Notes: generated by a model from the letters alone, not told the origin. Positions 26,776 to 38,068 are shown, counted from the first letter of the stretch. The stretch: DNA of 64,000 bases from an uncultured Pelagibacteraceae bacterium (GCA_902524115.1 CABZCA010000003.1:39628-103627), one strand, 5' to 3'. A program made the numbers and translations.

Positions 26776-27680
26776 AATATCTTAGCAAGATTAATTTTAG
26801 AAAGGTCATAGTATGTTTTCAATCCAGTAGGAGACGTAACATTAATATCTCCATTTAGTTTCTGATCTATGAAGTCAATTCCAGCAAAATAAATATTATC
26901 ATTCTTTAATTTTTTTCCGATAATTTTTGAAATTTTTAACTCTTGTTTTGAAAGTTTAGTAAGCTTAGGTACAGCACCCTTGCTCATATTACTCAAATAT
27001 GAACCTTTTTTAGGAACTCTTGAAATTGCACCACATACTTTACCATTAATAATAAAAACTCTTTTATCTCCTTTAGAAATATTTTTTAAAAATTTTTGAA
27101 ACATAGAATGACCATTTTTATTTAAAAAATTTGTAATAAGTTTTTTATTAAACTTATTTTTAATGAGATAAATTTGATTACCACCGTATCCATTAATGGG
27201 TTTCATAATTATACTTTTATTTTTTTTATAAAACTTCTTAATTTCTGCAATATTATTTGAAAATATAGTATTAGGCATATATTTGATAAAATGTTTTGAA
27301 TACAATTTTTCTGATACATTTCTAATAGCTGTTGGGTTATTTATTACTTTTACTTTTTTTAAGCCATCTAAAATAAGAGTAGTTATCAAATATTCTGAAT
27401 TAAATGGAGGGTCTTGTCTAATTAAAATAAATTTAAGATTTTCTACGAAAATTTTTTGTTTCTTATAAATTTTATAAAATTTATTTTTCTCATAGTTAAA
27501 TTTTACAAATACACCATTTGCATAAGTTTTATTTTTTATAATAGATAAGTTTGAGGGAGTATAATAAAATATTTTATATCCTAATTTTTGAGCTTCATGA
27601 GCTAAAAATATTGATGTATCAGAAGATATGTTAATTTTTTCTAATTTATCGCCTTGAATGCCTATTATTTTATTTGTCAT
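26754..27680 (-). CDS. gshB: Glutathione synthetase
   Basis: DTS, IRQDPPF, RNVSEK, KPINGYGG, GDKRV, SNM..G, INVTSPTG. Confidence 0.93.
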   Translation of the reverse strand: MTNKIIGIQGDKLEKINISSDTSIFLAHEAQKLGYKIFYYTPSNLSIIKNKTYANGVFVKFNYEKNKFYKIYKKQKIFVENLKFILIRQDPPFNSEYLITTLILDGLKKVKVINNPTAIRNVSEKLYSKHFIKYMPNTIFSNNIAEIKKFYKKNKSIIMKPINGYGGNQIYLIKNKFNKKLITNFLNKNGHSMFQKFLKNISKGDKRVFIINGKVCGAISRVPKKGSYLSNMSKGAVPKLTKLSKQELKISKIIGKKLKNDNIYFAGIDFIDQKLNGDINVTSPTGLKTYYDLSKINLAKIFWKGLRA

Positions 27681-28959
27681 ATAAATCTTCTAAATTTTCA
27701 AATTTAGAGAATTTATTTATAACATGACTGGCGACTGTTTCTTTATTATTGATAATCTTATTTAGATGTTCCAAGTATTTAGTTTCGTTTGTACCGCTTT
27801 TTCCAATAAAATCTCTCTTCTCTAAACCTTTTTCAGCAATTTTTAACAAGTTAGAGATCCAATAAATCATATCTTTACCCATTAAATTTGTATCAAGTCC
27901 TTTCATGGGCGCATCTTTATACGCATTCAACAAATCTTTCTTTTCCCATTTTGAAATAAATTCTAATGCTTCGTCTAAATTACCATATAAAAGACCAGTA
28001 AAAAAAGCAGGACCAGCACATATACAGTTCCAACCACAAGTATCCATAGATCTTAATTCAATATATTTTTTTAATCTATTCTCTGTAAATATAGTGCTTA
28101 AATGTAATCCAAGATCTTCAATACTTGGTAAAGATTTATTTATTTCTCGAATATTACCATTCATATAATCAGAAAATTTATAATTTTTACCAGATAAAAA
28201 TTTATCATCCTTTTTTATAAACAGTATTGGATAATCTATTACAAAATCAGCATATTTTTCAAAATCAATATTTTCTAAAAAAATTTCTGGAAGACCACCC
28301 CTTGATGTTTCTTGCCATACTTTTGATCGATATGATAAATATTTACTATCTTTTTTCTCAACAATTGATGAGTTTGCAAAAAGTGCAATACTTAATGGAA
28401 CTAAACTATTAGCTAATTTAAATTTTTTTATAAAATCATTTTCAGAAGTGTAGTCTAGATTTAACTGTGTCCCAGATGTTCTATACATCATATCTAAACT
28501 GAGCGACCCACCTTTAGGCATATCCTTTGTCATTACTTCATATCTTTTTTTAGGATTGTTCGGAATTTCAGACAGCTTAGATATTGGATCAAATCCAGCA
28601 CTTACTATTTTTAAATCTAATTTTTCAACAACTTGTTTAAGTTCAAACAAATAATTATTAGCTTCAGAGCAAACTTCATGAATATTAGTTAATTGAGCAC
28701 CTGCAAGCTCAATTTGATTACCTGGTTCTAAAGTTATACTCTTATTATCTTTGTTTAACGCTATTACATTTTCACCCTCATAAGATGGCTTCCAACCAAA
28801 TTCATATAAAATTTTGAAAATCTCTTTAATTGTAGAATAATTAATTCTTTTATTATTAATCTTATAGAAAAGAAATTTTTCGTGCTCAACGCCTATTTTG
28901 GAACTTATAGGCTCCTTAATTCCTGATTTAAAATGATCTATTATGTTATCTTTATTCAT
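27670..28959 (-). CDS. gshA: Glutamate-cysteine ligase (alphaproteobacterial/plant type)
   Basis: IGVEHEK, LEPGNQIELAG, MMYRT.GTQLNLD, ALFANS, HLSTIF.E.RLK.YIE.R. Confidence 0.93.
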   Translation of the reverse strand: MNKDNIIDHFKSGIKEPISSKIGVEHEKFLFYKINNKRINYSTIKEIFKILYEFGWKPSYEGENVIALNKDNKSITLEPGNQIELAGAQLTNIHEVCSEANNYLFELKQVVEKLDLKIVSAGFDPISKLSEIPNNPKKRYEVMTKDMPKGGSLSLDMMYRTSGTQLNLDYTSENDFIKKFKLANSLVPLSIALFANSSIVEKKDSKYLSYRSKVWQETSRGGLPEIFLENIDFEKYADFVIDYPILFIKKDDKFLSGKNYKFSDYMNGNIREINKSLPSIEDLGLHLSTIFTENRLKKYIELRSMDTCGWNCICAGPAFFTGLLYGNLDEALEFISKWEKKDLLNAYKDAPMKGLDTNLMGKDMIYWISNLLKIAEKGLEKRDFIGKSGTNETKYLEHLNKIINNKETVASHVINKFSKFENLEDLYDK

Positions 28960-28968
28960 ATTAATGAT

Positions 28969-30909
28969 TTAATCACTCTTACTTAGATATTCAACAGCTT
29001 CGCTTATGTTAGTTAATTTGTTAGAACAAGTTTGGTTTTTACATATAATAACACTATGTTTTGTATCATTATTTAATTGGTAAACAAATGTTGCAACTCC
29101 TAGATATTCTTTTTGTAAATAAAGCTGCATTTCCTTAATAGATTGAGATGTTCCACTGAATGTGAATGATAAGCTATTATCGCAAATATCAAGGGTTTTA
29201 ATAAAACTAAACATCTGTGAATAATAAGAGTTTATAACTTGATGAAATGATTTTTTAAGCACTTCATTTCTCTCATACCATATTTTGTCATTTGTAATTG
29301 AATATAATTTATTTGAAATTAACAGATAAACGCTATTACCATTTGGAATATTGCTATCGTTTAAGTCTAGTGGACTTGCAAACAAATCATTATCTTTAAT
29401 AATATTTTTCTGGAATAATTGAGTTTCTTTATTAAAGAATAATTTCCAAGTATCATTCATTATTTTTATTGATTTTTTCAAAGCTTTTTTGTCAGCATTT
29501 ACTTCATAAAGTGTTATCATGAGTAAAGCATAATATACATAGTCCTCAAGAAAAGTTTCTATTTCTTTATTTTCATAACAATGAATAATTTTTTGATGTA
29601 ATTTTTTATTTAATATTTCAATTGTTTCTATCGTCTTACTTTTTAAATATTCGTCATCTAAATTTATTGAAGTTTTGAGAAGAACTTGGAGCATATATGC
29701 GTTTAAATCCGTTTGTGATTTATCATCAAAAAATGGTTTTATTCTTTTTCGTCTAACATCAAGTAATTTATTTTTTATCTGATTTAGGTTATTTTTATTC
29801 TCATCAGGTATTAAATTTTTTTCCACTAAAATGTTATTACCTTCAAAATTACCGCTCTCCGAAATTTCGTACTTATTTTCTAAATATTTTATATCATCCT
29901 TTAAAAGATTATTTAATTCTTCATACGACCAAACATAATATTTTCCTTCAACGCCTTCACTATCAGCATCATATGCAGAACCATATAATTCTTCTTTGTT
30001 TTTAAATTCATTATTAAAATATTGAATTGTTTGTAAAAGTTTATTTTTGAAATAATCATTTTTGGTATTTTGATAAAATTTAGTTAAAAGATCTATGAAT
30101 TGGATATTATCATATAGCATTTTTTCAAAGTGAGGAATTATCCATTTTTCATCAACAGCATATCTTGATATTCCTCCTTCTAGTTGATCATAAATACCTT
30201 TCGAACAGAGATTGCTAAGCAAAATTTCAACAGGTTTAAAATAATTTTTGTTTTTAGTTTTTAAATAAAAGTAAAACATTGCATCAAATAAATAAAATTG
30301 GGGGAACTTCGGTGCTCCTTTGAAACTTCCGTTATTTTCATCTAAATAATTTATAATTTTTTCAACAAATGGCTCCAATGGTTGATTTAAAACTGCAGAT
30401 CTTTGATTTATTTTTGAGAATATTTCTTTAATTTGTGGTGCCTGAGCTAAAATTTTCTCTCTATTTTCATTGTAAACGTTATGCACGTTATTTAGGACTT
30501 TTTTAAAGTCAGGTCTTCCTTGAATTTCCTTGGGTGGGAAATATGTTCCTCCTGTAAATGGTACACCATTTTCGTCTAAAAACATTGATAATGGCCATCC
30601 ACCTTGAGCTCCAGTTAGTATTGATAAGCTTTTTTGAAATACATAATCCAAATCAGGTCTTTCCTCTCTATCAACTTTAATATTTATAAACTTTTCGTTC
30701 ATCAGTTTAGCAGTTTCTTTATTTTCAAAACTTTCATGGGCCATAACATGACACCAATGACAGCTTGCATACCCTACACTTAAAAATATTGGTTTTTTTT
30801 CTTTTTTGGCTTTATCTAGAGTTTCTTTATTCCAAGGAAACCAATCAACTGGATTATCTTTATGTTGTTGAAGATAAGGACTTTTTTCGTTTTTTAAAAT
30901 ATTAGACAA
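28969..30909 (-). CDS. Thioredoxin-domain protein, YyaL/SPATA20 family
   Basis: TTG at 30909 preferred; [58 protein letters not shown]. Confidence 0.9.
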   Translation of the reverse strand: MSNILKNEKSPYLQQHKDNPVDWFPWNKETLDKAKKEKKPIFLSVGYASCHWCHVMAHESFENKETAKLMNEKFINIKVDREERPDLDYVFQKSLSILTGAQGGWPLSMFLDENGVPFTGGTYFPPKEIQGRPDFKKVLNNVHNVYNENREKILAQAPQIKEIFSKINQRSAVLNQPLEPFVEKIINYLDENNGSFKGAPKFPQFYLFDAMFYFYLKTKNKNYFKPVEILLSNLCSKGIYDQLEGGISRYAVDEKWIIPHFEKMLYDNIQFIDLLTKFYQNTKNDYFKNKLLQTIQYFNNEFKNKEELYGSAYDADSEGVEGKYYVWSYEELNNLLKDDIKYLENKYEISESGNFEGNNILVEKNLIPDENKNNLNQIKNKLLDVRRKRIKPFFDDKSQTDLNAYMLQVLLKTSINLDDEYLKSKTIETIEILNKKLHQKIIHCYENKEIETFLEDYVYYALLMITLYEVNADKKALKKSIKIMNDTWKLFFNKETQLFQKNIIKDNDLFASPLDLNDSNIPNGNSVYLLISNKLYSITNDKIWYERNEVLKKSFHQVINSYYSQMFSFIKTLDICDNSLSFTFSGTSQSIKEMQLYLQKEYLGVATFVYQLNNDTKHSVIICKNQTCSNKLTNISEAVEYLSKSD

Positions 30910-30910
30910 T

Positions 30911-31468
30911 TTAATGATGATAGTAAGGTTTTCTTGAAAAAATATTCCTAACCATTGGTTCAAAATCTTTTAAAGTCATTGATTTATAATTTGGATCAAA
31001 CGAAGATTGATCATAATTTTCACAAAAATCTATTGTTGCTTGATAATGCTCTGCATCTTTATATTTTTCTCTTGCATTTTTGTCTCCACCTAAATGTTCT
31101 GCAGAATAATAGGTTTGAAATAAGCCATGGTGTAAAATGATCCAGTAAGTTTTTTCTGAAACATAAGGTTTAATTACTGATGCTGCGTATTGAGAATGAT
31201 TCATTGGAGCTAACTCATCTCCAAGATCGTGTAATAATGTTGCTACAACCATTTCCTCGTTTTCCCCATTTTTATATGCTCTTGTTGCAGCTTGTAACGA
31301 GTGTTCTAATCTTGTTATCTGATAGCCTTCAAGTGTAGTAGTTTGTAAAGCTAAATAATCTAAAATTCTATCTGCAGTTTTTCTTTCATATTGACTTTCT
31401 AATTTTTCCAAAAGTTCATAGTCATCTTTAGTACCGTTCTTCATTTTTGTAAAACTTACTTTTTTCAT
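30911..31468 (-). CDS. HD-domain metalloprotein (PhnZ-related)
   Basis: [27 protein letters not shown]. Confidence 0.8.
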   Translation of the reverse strand: MKKVSFTKMKNGTKDDYELLEKLESQYERKTADRILDYLALQTTTLEGYQITRLEHSLQAATRAYKNGENEEMVVATLLHDLGDELAPMNHSQYAASVIKPYVSEKTYWIILHHGLFQTYYSAEHLGGDKNAREKYKDAEHYQATIDFCENYDQSSFDPNYKSMTLKDFEPMVRNIFSRKPYYHH

Positions 31469-31469
31469 T

Positions 31470-32939
31470 TTAATTATTTGATGCAGTACTTAATAAGGAA
31501 AGTTGAGTTACTTTATCTTCACCGAGCTCATCAATTATTTTTACAGGGTATTCCCCAGTAAAGTGATGATCCGTCAACTGTGGATAATTTTCATTTCTTT
31601 TTTCAAATCCCATTCCTAAATATAAACCATTCAAACTTAAAAATTTTAGCGACTTAGCTTTTATGAATTCACAAATTTCAGCTGTAGATTTGTTTGCAGC
31701 TAAAAGCTCTTTTTTAGTTGGCGTATCAACACCATAAAAATCAGGAAATTTTATTTCTGGGCTGGCTATTCTCACGTGAACTTCTTTTGCTCCAGAATCG
31801 TATAACATCTTCACTATTTTTGAGGATGTAGTGCCTCTTACAAGTGAGTCATCAACTAGAATTATTCTTTTATCTTTAATCACAGAAATATTTGGGTTTA
31901 ATTTTAACTTAACTCCTAAACTTCTAATTTGTTGAGATGGTTCGATAAAAGTCCTTCCAACATAATGGTTTCTAATTAAACCTAGATCAAATTTTAGTCC
32001 CTTTTCTTCAGCATATCCGAGTGCTGCAGCATTCCCTGAGTCTGGAACAGGCACAACTAGATCGGCTTCTATTTCATCCTCTTTAGCTAACTGTGAACCA
32101 AAGTTCTTTCTGTATTCGTAAGCAGTTTTGCCGTTTAAAATACTGTCTGGCCTAGAGAAATAAATATATTCAAATACACAAGGCCTGATCTTTTTTGGTG
32201 GAAATGGTTTAATACTTTTTAACTCATCATCTTCGATATAAACAATTTCTCCATTTTCAACTTCTCTTACAAATTTTGCTCCAATAATATCAAACGCGCA
32301 TGTTTCAGAAGCAAATACATATGAGTTTTTCAATTTACCAATTACTAACGGTCTAATTCCATAAGGATCTCTTACACCAATTAGAGTATTTTGCGTCATC
32401 ATTACAAGTGCATAACCACCTTGGATTTGAAATATAGCATCTATTATTTTATCTATCGTTTTTCTTCTCTTTGATTTAGCAATTAATTGAACAATAGTTT
32501 CAGTGTCAGATGTTGTATAAAATATAGCACCATCCTGAACTAATTTATTTCTTAAAGTTATAGCATTTGTAAGATTACCATTATGTGCAACACCAATACC
32601 ACCTGCATTTGTATCAGCAAAAAAAGGCTGCACATTCCTTAAAGCAGTTCCACCTGTCGTTGAGTAGCGATTATGACCAATTGCATATTTTCCAGGAAGT
32701 TTTTTTAAAACTTTTTCATCATTAAAGTTATCACCAACTAAACCAAATCTTTTTTCTGAATGATATTTTTCTCCATCGTATGAAACAATACCGCAACCTT
32801 CTTGTCCTCTATGCTGAAGTGCATGAAGACCTAGAGCGGCAAGGGTAGAGGCATCATTAGAATTACTTATTCCAAATACTGCGCACTCTTCCTTAATCTT
32901 AGGATTAAATATCTTGAACTTTTTCTTTGGTTTCTTCAT
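31470..32939 (-). CDS. purF: Amidophosphoribosyltransferase
   Basis: Propeptide followed by EE-CAVFG, LQHRGQE, HNRYSTTG, AHNGNL, VDDSLVRGTTS. Confidence 0.97.
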   Translation of the reverse strand: MKKPKKKFKIFNPKIKEECAVFGISNSNDASTLAALGLHALQHRGQEGCGIVSYDGEKYHSEKRFGLVGDNFNDEKVLKKLPGKYAIGHNRYSTTGGTALRNVQPFFADTNAGGIGVAHNGNLTNAITLRNKLVQDGAIFYTTSDTETIVQLIAKSKRRKTIDKIIDAIFQIQGGYALVMMTQNTLIGVRDPYGIRPLVIGKLKNSYVFASETCAFDIIGAKFVREVENGEIVYIEDDELKSIKPFPPKKIRPCVFEYIYFSRPDSILNGKTAYEYRKNFGSQLAKEDEIEADLVVPVPDSGNAAALGYAEEKGLKFDLGLIRNHYVGRTFIEPSQQIRSLGVKLKLNPNISVIKDKRIILVDDSLVRGTTSSKIVKMLYDSGAKEVHVRIASPEIKFPDFYGVDTPTKKELLAANKSTAEICEFIKAKSLKFLSLNGLYLGMGFEKRNENYPQLTDHHFTGEYPVKIIDELGEDKVTQLSLLSTASNN

Positions 32940-33447
32940 AATCTTTTTTGTCAGGAAATTCTTTTATAAGGTAGTTACTACCTTTTTCAACCCATGCATA
33001 TGTAAAAGCATCATCCAAATTAATTGGCCATTTTTTGTGGTTATAGATGATATTTATAGTTGTATAAATACATACAATTATAACGTAAGCCCTAATAAAT
33101 CCAAAAAAGAAACCAAAGATTCTATCTAAATTTCCCAATCCAGAGTAGGTGACTGCTCTATTAATTCCTTTATTTATTAATAAAATTAAGAATATAATTA
33201 TTATGAATAATCCTATACCAACCGTTAGATCAAGGACATATTTGCTATCAATTATATCTTCGAAGTATGGTTTTACTTTTGGAAATAGAAATAGAGTAAC
33301 AACATAAGCTAGTAGCCATTTAGAGGCTGACAAAATGCTCAACAAAAAACCTTTTTTTGTGCATGTAATCAAAGATAATACAGTGAAAACTAAGTAAATA
33401 ATGTCAAAAGTATACAGGTCACTTAAAAATTCTTTTACAAATTCCAT
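32905..33447 (-). CDS. cvpA: CvpA (colicin V production) family membrane protein
   Basis: KGF, LDRIFGFFFG..R; directly upstream of purF. Confidence 0.88.
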   Translation of the reverse strand: MEFVKEFLSDLYTFDIIYLVFTVLSLITCTKKGFLLSILSASKWLLAYVVTLFLFPKVKPYFEDIIDSKYVLDLTVGIGLFIIIIFLILLINKGINRAVTYSGLGNLDRIFGFFFGFIRAYVIIVCIYTTINIIYNHKKWPINLDDAFTYAWVEKGSNYLIKEFPDKKDYEETKEKVQDI

Positions 33448-33450
33448 TAA

Positions 33451-35823
33451 TTATTTAACTTTAAAAGGTTTGAATACTAAAATTAAAGATGGCAATAACG
33501 TTAAAACTGATATCATAGCGAATAGCATTGCTATTCCAGTGAAGATACCAAAATATATAGTTGGAATAAAATTAGATAAAACCAAAATAGAAAATCCAAA
33601 TACAATTGTTACAGACGTATTTAGTATTGCTACACCAACTGTGGAATGACAATATTTAAGAGTTTTATTGTAATCTTTTATTTTAGCTAGTTCTTCCCTA
33701 AATCTATAGATATAATGAATACTATTATCTACTGCAATACCAATTGTTATTGCAGCAATTGTAATTGTCATCATATCAAGAGGAATTTCTGCCAAACCAA
33801 TTATTCCTAGAATAAAAAATGCTGCAATAAAATTTGGCATCACGCCTATTAATGAGATTTTTATATTTCTAAAAAGAATTAAAAACATTATAAAAATACC
33901 AATCATCACAAAACCAAGAGTTAAAATTTGAGATTTAAACAAACTTTGAAGTAAGTTGTTAAATAAAATTAAAACCCCGCCTAATTTAAACTCATCTTTC
34001 TTGATATTTAACTTATTTTCTAGATCGAAATTAATTTTATTAATCAGGTCATTTCTTCTTAATCCATCTAAAGAGTCTTTTATTCTTAAACTTATTCGTG
34101 CTTCAGAGTTTTTTACAGATATATATGGATCTACTATTTCTTTTTTGATATTATCGGGAATTTTAGTATAAAGCACTCCCATTTCCAAAGTTCCAAGTGG
34201 CTTATTGTCATTTAATTTTGTTGCAATTTCAATTATTGATGAAAAAGATAAAACTTTACCTACAGCATCAATACCATTCAAGTAATTATGAACTCTAGTT
34301 ATTTTGTTGATTTTATCTTTTGTAAACCAATATTTGTCATCATTTTCTTCCTCATCGCCCCAATCGTTCTCAATGTCAGTTTCCTCATCCTCGTCTTTTG
34401 GAAATTTTAAAATTATTTCCAGTGGAGTAGTTCCACCTAACTTTTGATCTATCAACTTCATACCTTTGTAAATCTCTGTATCTTTGTCAAAATAATTTAT
34501 AAAACTGTTTTCAACCTCTAATTTAGAGATACCAAATATACTTAAAAATATAATTAAAGCAGTTAAACCAAATATGTAATTTTTGTTTCTAACGGATTTT
34601 ATTGCTAAATAGCCAGTTATTTGAGAGTCTTTTTCCACAGTTAATGCAACATTTGAGTTTTGAACAAAACTTAACAATGTGGGTAGAAGAGTGAATGTAA
34701 TTATTAGTGAGGTTATTAATCCAAAAGTCATCATCCACCCAAAATCTATAATTGGTTTTATCTCGCTAAAAATTAAGGACATGAAAGCGCATATAGTTGT
34801 TAAGACAGTGTAAAAAATTGGCCAAATCATTTTTTTTGTTGTCAAAATTAAAATTTTAAGCTTTTTCTTTTTTGGAAATTGTTTGTTTAATTGTAAAAAT
34901 CTAGTACTCATATGAATATTCATTGCCATAGTAAGAATTAACATTAACGCGATAAAGTTTGATGAAATTACTGTAACTTTCCATCCAACTAAACCAAGAA
35001 AACCTGTCATATATATAACTGAGAAGAAACAGCTACAAATTGGAATTACTATCCAAATTATTTTTTTGAATACATACCAAAGTGTTAAGATTATAAAAAG
35101 CAGTACTCCAATTCCAAAAGTCACAATATCATTTTTTATAAAGGTCATCATATCGTCTGCAATCATTGGTATGCCCCCGAGATAAATTTGTGTATTATGA
35201 TTATGATTTTTTATAACTTCTCTAATTTCTAAAATATTTTGATGTCGCTCTTTTTTAATTTTATCTTTATAAACCTCTAATTCCTTACTGGTCTTGATCT
35301 CTTTGTCTATTTTGCCCGGTTTTATATATACAATGATACCACTTGTTTTTCCGTCCTCACTAATTACAAAATTTCTAAATACTGGACTATTTAAGATTTC
35401 ATTAAATCCTCGGTCTTTATCAATATTCTTACTTGTTAACGTTTTAAAATTTTGAATACGTTCAATTAAAGTATCTTCTGTTGCTTCTAATAAAGGAATA
35501 TCAAGAAGCGTGACAACATTATGAACCCAGTTTAATGATTTTAAATCTTCTTTTAATTCAGAAAGACTTTTAATTGATTCCTCTGAATTCATTTTACTAT
35601 TTGGTGAGTAGGTGAGCACTAAAAATTCCTTAGCACCATATCTCTCATTAATTTCATTAAGATATTTTAGATCGGGATCATTTTCTAGTAATAAAGTTTC
35701 TGAACTTGCGTCTAAGCGAAAATCTTTTGAAAAGTAAAAACAGGTAATTAATATTAACACCAGGATCGAAAAAACTAGCTTAGGTTTTTCTATAATATTT
35801 TTTTCGTAAAAATTAGCTAACAT
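33451..35823 (-). CDS. MMPL/RND family exporter
   Basis: 790 aa, two repeated halves; LDASSETL, GGIPMI, PIIDFG, GIAVDNSIHY, SNFIPT..FG. Confidence 0.88.
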   Translation of the reverse strand: MLANFYEKNIIEKPKLVFSILVLILITCFYFSKDFRLDASSETLLLENDPDLKYLNEINERYGAKEFLVLTYSPNSKMNSEESIKSLSELKEDLKSLNWVHNVVTLLDIPLLEATEDTLIERIQNFKTLTSKNIDKDRGFNEILNSPVFRNFVISEDGKTSGIIVYIKPGKIDKEIKTSKELEVYKDKIKKERHQNILEIREVIKNHNHNTQIYLGGIPMIADDMMTFIKNDIVTFGIGVLLFIILTLWYVFKKIIWIVIPICSCFFSVIYMTGFLGLVGWKVTVISSNFIALMLILTMAMNIHMSTRFLQLNKQFPKKKKLKILILTTKKMIWPIFYTVLTTICAFMSLIFSEIKPIIDFGWMMTFGLITSLIITFTLLPTLLSFVQNSNVALTVEKDSQITGYLAIKSVRNKNYIFGLTALIIFLSIFGISKLEVENSFINYFDKDTEIYKGMKLIDQKLGGTTPLEIILKFPKDEDEETDIENDWGDEEENDDKYWFTKDKINKITRVHNYLNGIDAVGKVLSFSSIIEIATKLNDNKPLGTLEMGVLYTKIPDNIKKEIVDPYISVKNSEARISLRIKDSLDGLRRNDLINKINFDLENKLNIKKDEFKLGGVLILFNNLLQSLFKSQILTLGFVMIGIFIMFLILFRNIKISLIGVMPNFIAAFFILGIIGLAEIPLDMMTITIAAITIGIAVDNSIHYIYRFREELAKIKDYNKTLKYCHSTVGVAILNTSVTIVFGFSILVLSNFIPTIYFGIFTGIAMLFAMISVLTLLPSLILVFKPFKVK

Positions 35824-35848
35824 TGGATATTAGCTTTTATATTTTATA

Positions 35849-37264
35849 TTAATTATTTTGAATATCTTTAAATTTGGTAAACATTTCCTCAAATTCAAGC
35901 ATTATAGTACCAGTAGGGCCATGTCTTTGTTTAAGTATAAGAAGTTCAGCTAAATGGGAAATTTCATTCATTTTTGCCTGCCATTCAGCATGTTCAACAG
36001 TCGCAGGTCTTGGTTCTTTATTTTTTAAATAGTATGACTCTCTAAAGACAAACATTACAACATCAGCATCTTGCTCTATTGACCCAGACTCTCTTAAATC
36101 TGAAAGCAAAGGTTTTTTGTCATCTCTTTGTTCAACTGCTCTTGATAATTGTGAAAGAGCCAATACAGGAACTGATAATTCTTTAGCAAGCGCTTTTAAT
36201 CCTTGTGTTATTTCTGAAATTTCCTGAACACGTCCATCTTTAAAATTTGATCCTTTCATTAATTGGATATAGTCGATAACAACGAGATCTAAACCATGTA
36301 TTCTTTTTATTCTTCTAGCTCTATTACTCAATGCCGCAATTGATATTGCTGGTGTTTCATCAATATATAATGGTAGCTCAGCAATATTTTTTGAAGTTTC
36401 TATAAACTTATCGAATTGTTCATCAGAAATTTTACCTCTTCTAATATCATTAGATTTAATTCTTGATTGTTCAGCGAGTATTCTTGTTGATAGTTGTTCA
36501 GATGACATTTCTAATGAAAAGAATGCTATACAAGATTTTTCTCCTTTATCTTGAATATTTTTTGCAGCATGGAACGCGATGTTTGTAGCAAGTGCTGTCT
36601 TACCCATAGAGGGTCTTCCTGCAATTATTATTAAATCTGACTTATGCATACCTCCTAATCTATCATCTAAGTCTCTTAATCCTGAAGGGACGCCAACAAT
36701 ACCTTCCTCATTTTTGTATGCATTAGAGGCCATTTCAATTGTTTGTCTCATGGCTTCATCAAATTTAATTATTGAAGAACCAAATGACCCTTTCTCTGCT
36801 AAATCAAACAAAGATTTTTCAAAATTTTCTATAATTTGTTGTCCATCATTATTTAGATCATTTAGTTTTGCTGCATCAATTATATTATCTGAAATTTTAA
36901 TTAGTTCTCTCTTTACAAATAAATCATAAATTAGTTTTGAATATTCAATTGTTTGTCTTGAGGAAGTTGAAAATTTAGTAATTTTTACCAGATACTCTGG
37001 AATATTTAGCTCGTCTTTTTCATTTTCAAAGTAATTCTTTAATGTAATTGGATTTGCAAGCATCCCTTTATAAATTAAATTTTCTATTGCATTGAAAATT
37101 TTTTGATGCATTGGATCATAAAAATTTTTACTTGAAATTAAAAGACTAATTTCGTCAAAAATTTCATTTGAAAGTAATATTGAGCCTATAATTGATTGCT
37201 CTGCCTCTATATTGCTCGGTAGTTCATCTATCTTATTCTTTATTAAGTTTAAAGGTTGAGACAC
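35849..37264 (-). CDS. dnaB: Replicative DNA helicase
   Basis: GTG start; AEQSIIG, AGRPSMGKT, FSLEMS, DYIQL, LSQLSR, DLRESGSIEQDAD, KQRHGP. Confidence 0.97.
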   Translation of the reverse strand: MSQPLNLIKNKIDELPSNIEAEQSIIGSILLSNEIFDEISLLISSKNFYDPMHQKIFNAIENLIYKGMLANPITLKNYFENEKDELNIPEYLVKITKFSTSSRQTIEYSKLIYDLFVKRELIKISDNIIDAAKLNDLNNDGQQIIENFEKSLFDLAEKGSFGSSIIKFDEAMRQTIEMASNAYKNEEGIVGVPSGLRDLDDRLGGMHKSDLIIIAGRPSMGKTALATNIAFHAAKNIQDKGEKSCIAFFSLEMSSEQLSTRILAEQSRIKSNDIRRGKISDEQFDKFIETSKNIAELPLYIDETPAISIAALSNRARRIKRIHGLDLVVIDYIQLMKGSNFKDGRVQEISEITQGLKALAKELSVPVLALSQLSRAVEQRDDKKPLLSDLRESGSIEQDADVVMFVFRESYYLKNKEPRPATVEHAEWQAKMNEISHLAELLILKQRHGPTGTIMLEFEEMFTKFKDIQNN

Positions 37265-37331
37265 TTTAAAAATTTACATTAAAGTTAGAATAATTCAAAT
37301 ATTTATTATATCTGGGGAAAATTATGTATAA

Positions 37332-37790
37332 TTATTTTGTTTCTTCTTGAGAAATAATTTTTATTACAATCTGTGTTTGTACTTCTGAATGTAAGTTAAT
37401 AAAAACATCGAAATCACCTATAGATTTAATTTCTTTAGATGGTTGTATTAAGGATGGGTTAATTTCAACTTTTTCAATTTCTTTTAAAACCTTAGATATT
37501 TCTGTTGGTTTTACCGATCCGTAAAGTTCATTATTCTCCGTACTTAATTTTTTAATTTCATAATTTTTATTTTTAATTTTTTCTTGGACTAATTTAGCTT
37601 CTTTTTTTCTATCTTGATCTTTTTTACTTAAATCCTGTTTGATTTTTTCTACTTCCTTTATGTTTTCTTTAGAAGCAAATAAAGCCTTTTTCTTTGATAT
37701 GAGAAAATTTCTAGCGAAGCCTCTTTTTACATCGATTATCTCTCCAATTGAGCCAATTTTTCTAACATTTTCTAATAATATTATTTTCAT
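37332..37790 (-). CDS. rplI: 50S ribosomal protein L9
   Basis: MKIILL, VKRGFARNFL, LYGSV. Confidence 0.96.
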   Translation of the reverse strand: MKIILLENVRKIGSIGEIIDVKRGFARNFLISKKKALFASKENIKEVEKIKQDLSKKDQDRKKEAKLVQEKIKNKNYEIKKLSTENNELYGSVKPTEISKVLKEIEKVEINPSLIQPSKEIKSIGDFDVFINLHSEVQTQIVIKIISQEETK

Positions 37791-37791
37791 T

Positions 37792-38061
37792 TTATAATAA
37801 TGCCAAGTTTCTAGCTCTTTTGATTGATAATGATAATTCTCTTTGTTTTTTTTGGCTAACTGAAGTTATTCTTGATGGCAAAATTTTTCCATTTTCTGAA
37901 ATATACCTTTTCAACAGTTTTATATTTTTATAGTCTACAGATGGAGCTCCTTTGCCCGAAAGAGGACACTTTTTCTTAAATTTATATTTTTGATTTTGAA
38001 ATATACTTAGTTTAGCAAAATTACTTTGTTTATTTTTTTTTTTATTATTTCGTTTTTTCAT
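37792..38061 (-). CDS. rpsR: 30S ribosomal protein S18
   Basis: [33 protein letters not shown]. Confidence 0.96.
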   Translation of the reverse strand: MKKRNNKKKNKQSNFAKLSIFQNQKYKFKKKCPLSGKGAPSVDYKNIKLLKRYISENGKILPSRITSVSQKKQRELSLSIKRARNLALL

Positions 38062-38068
38062 AAAAAAA

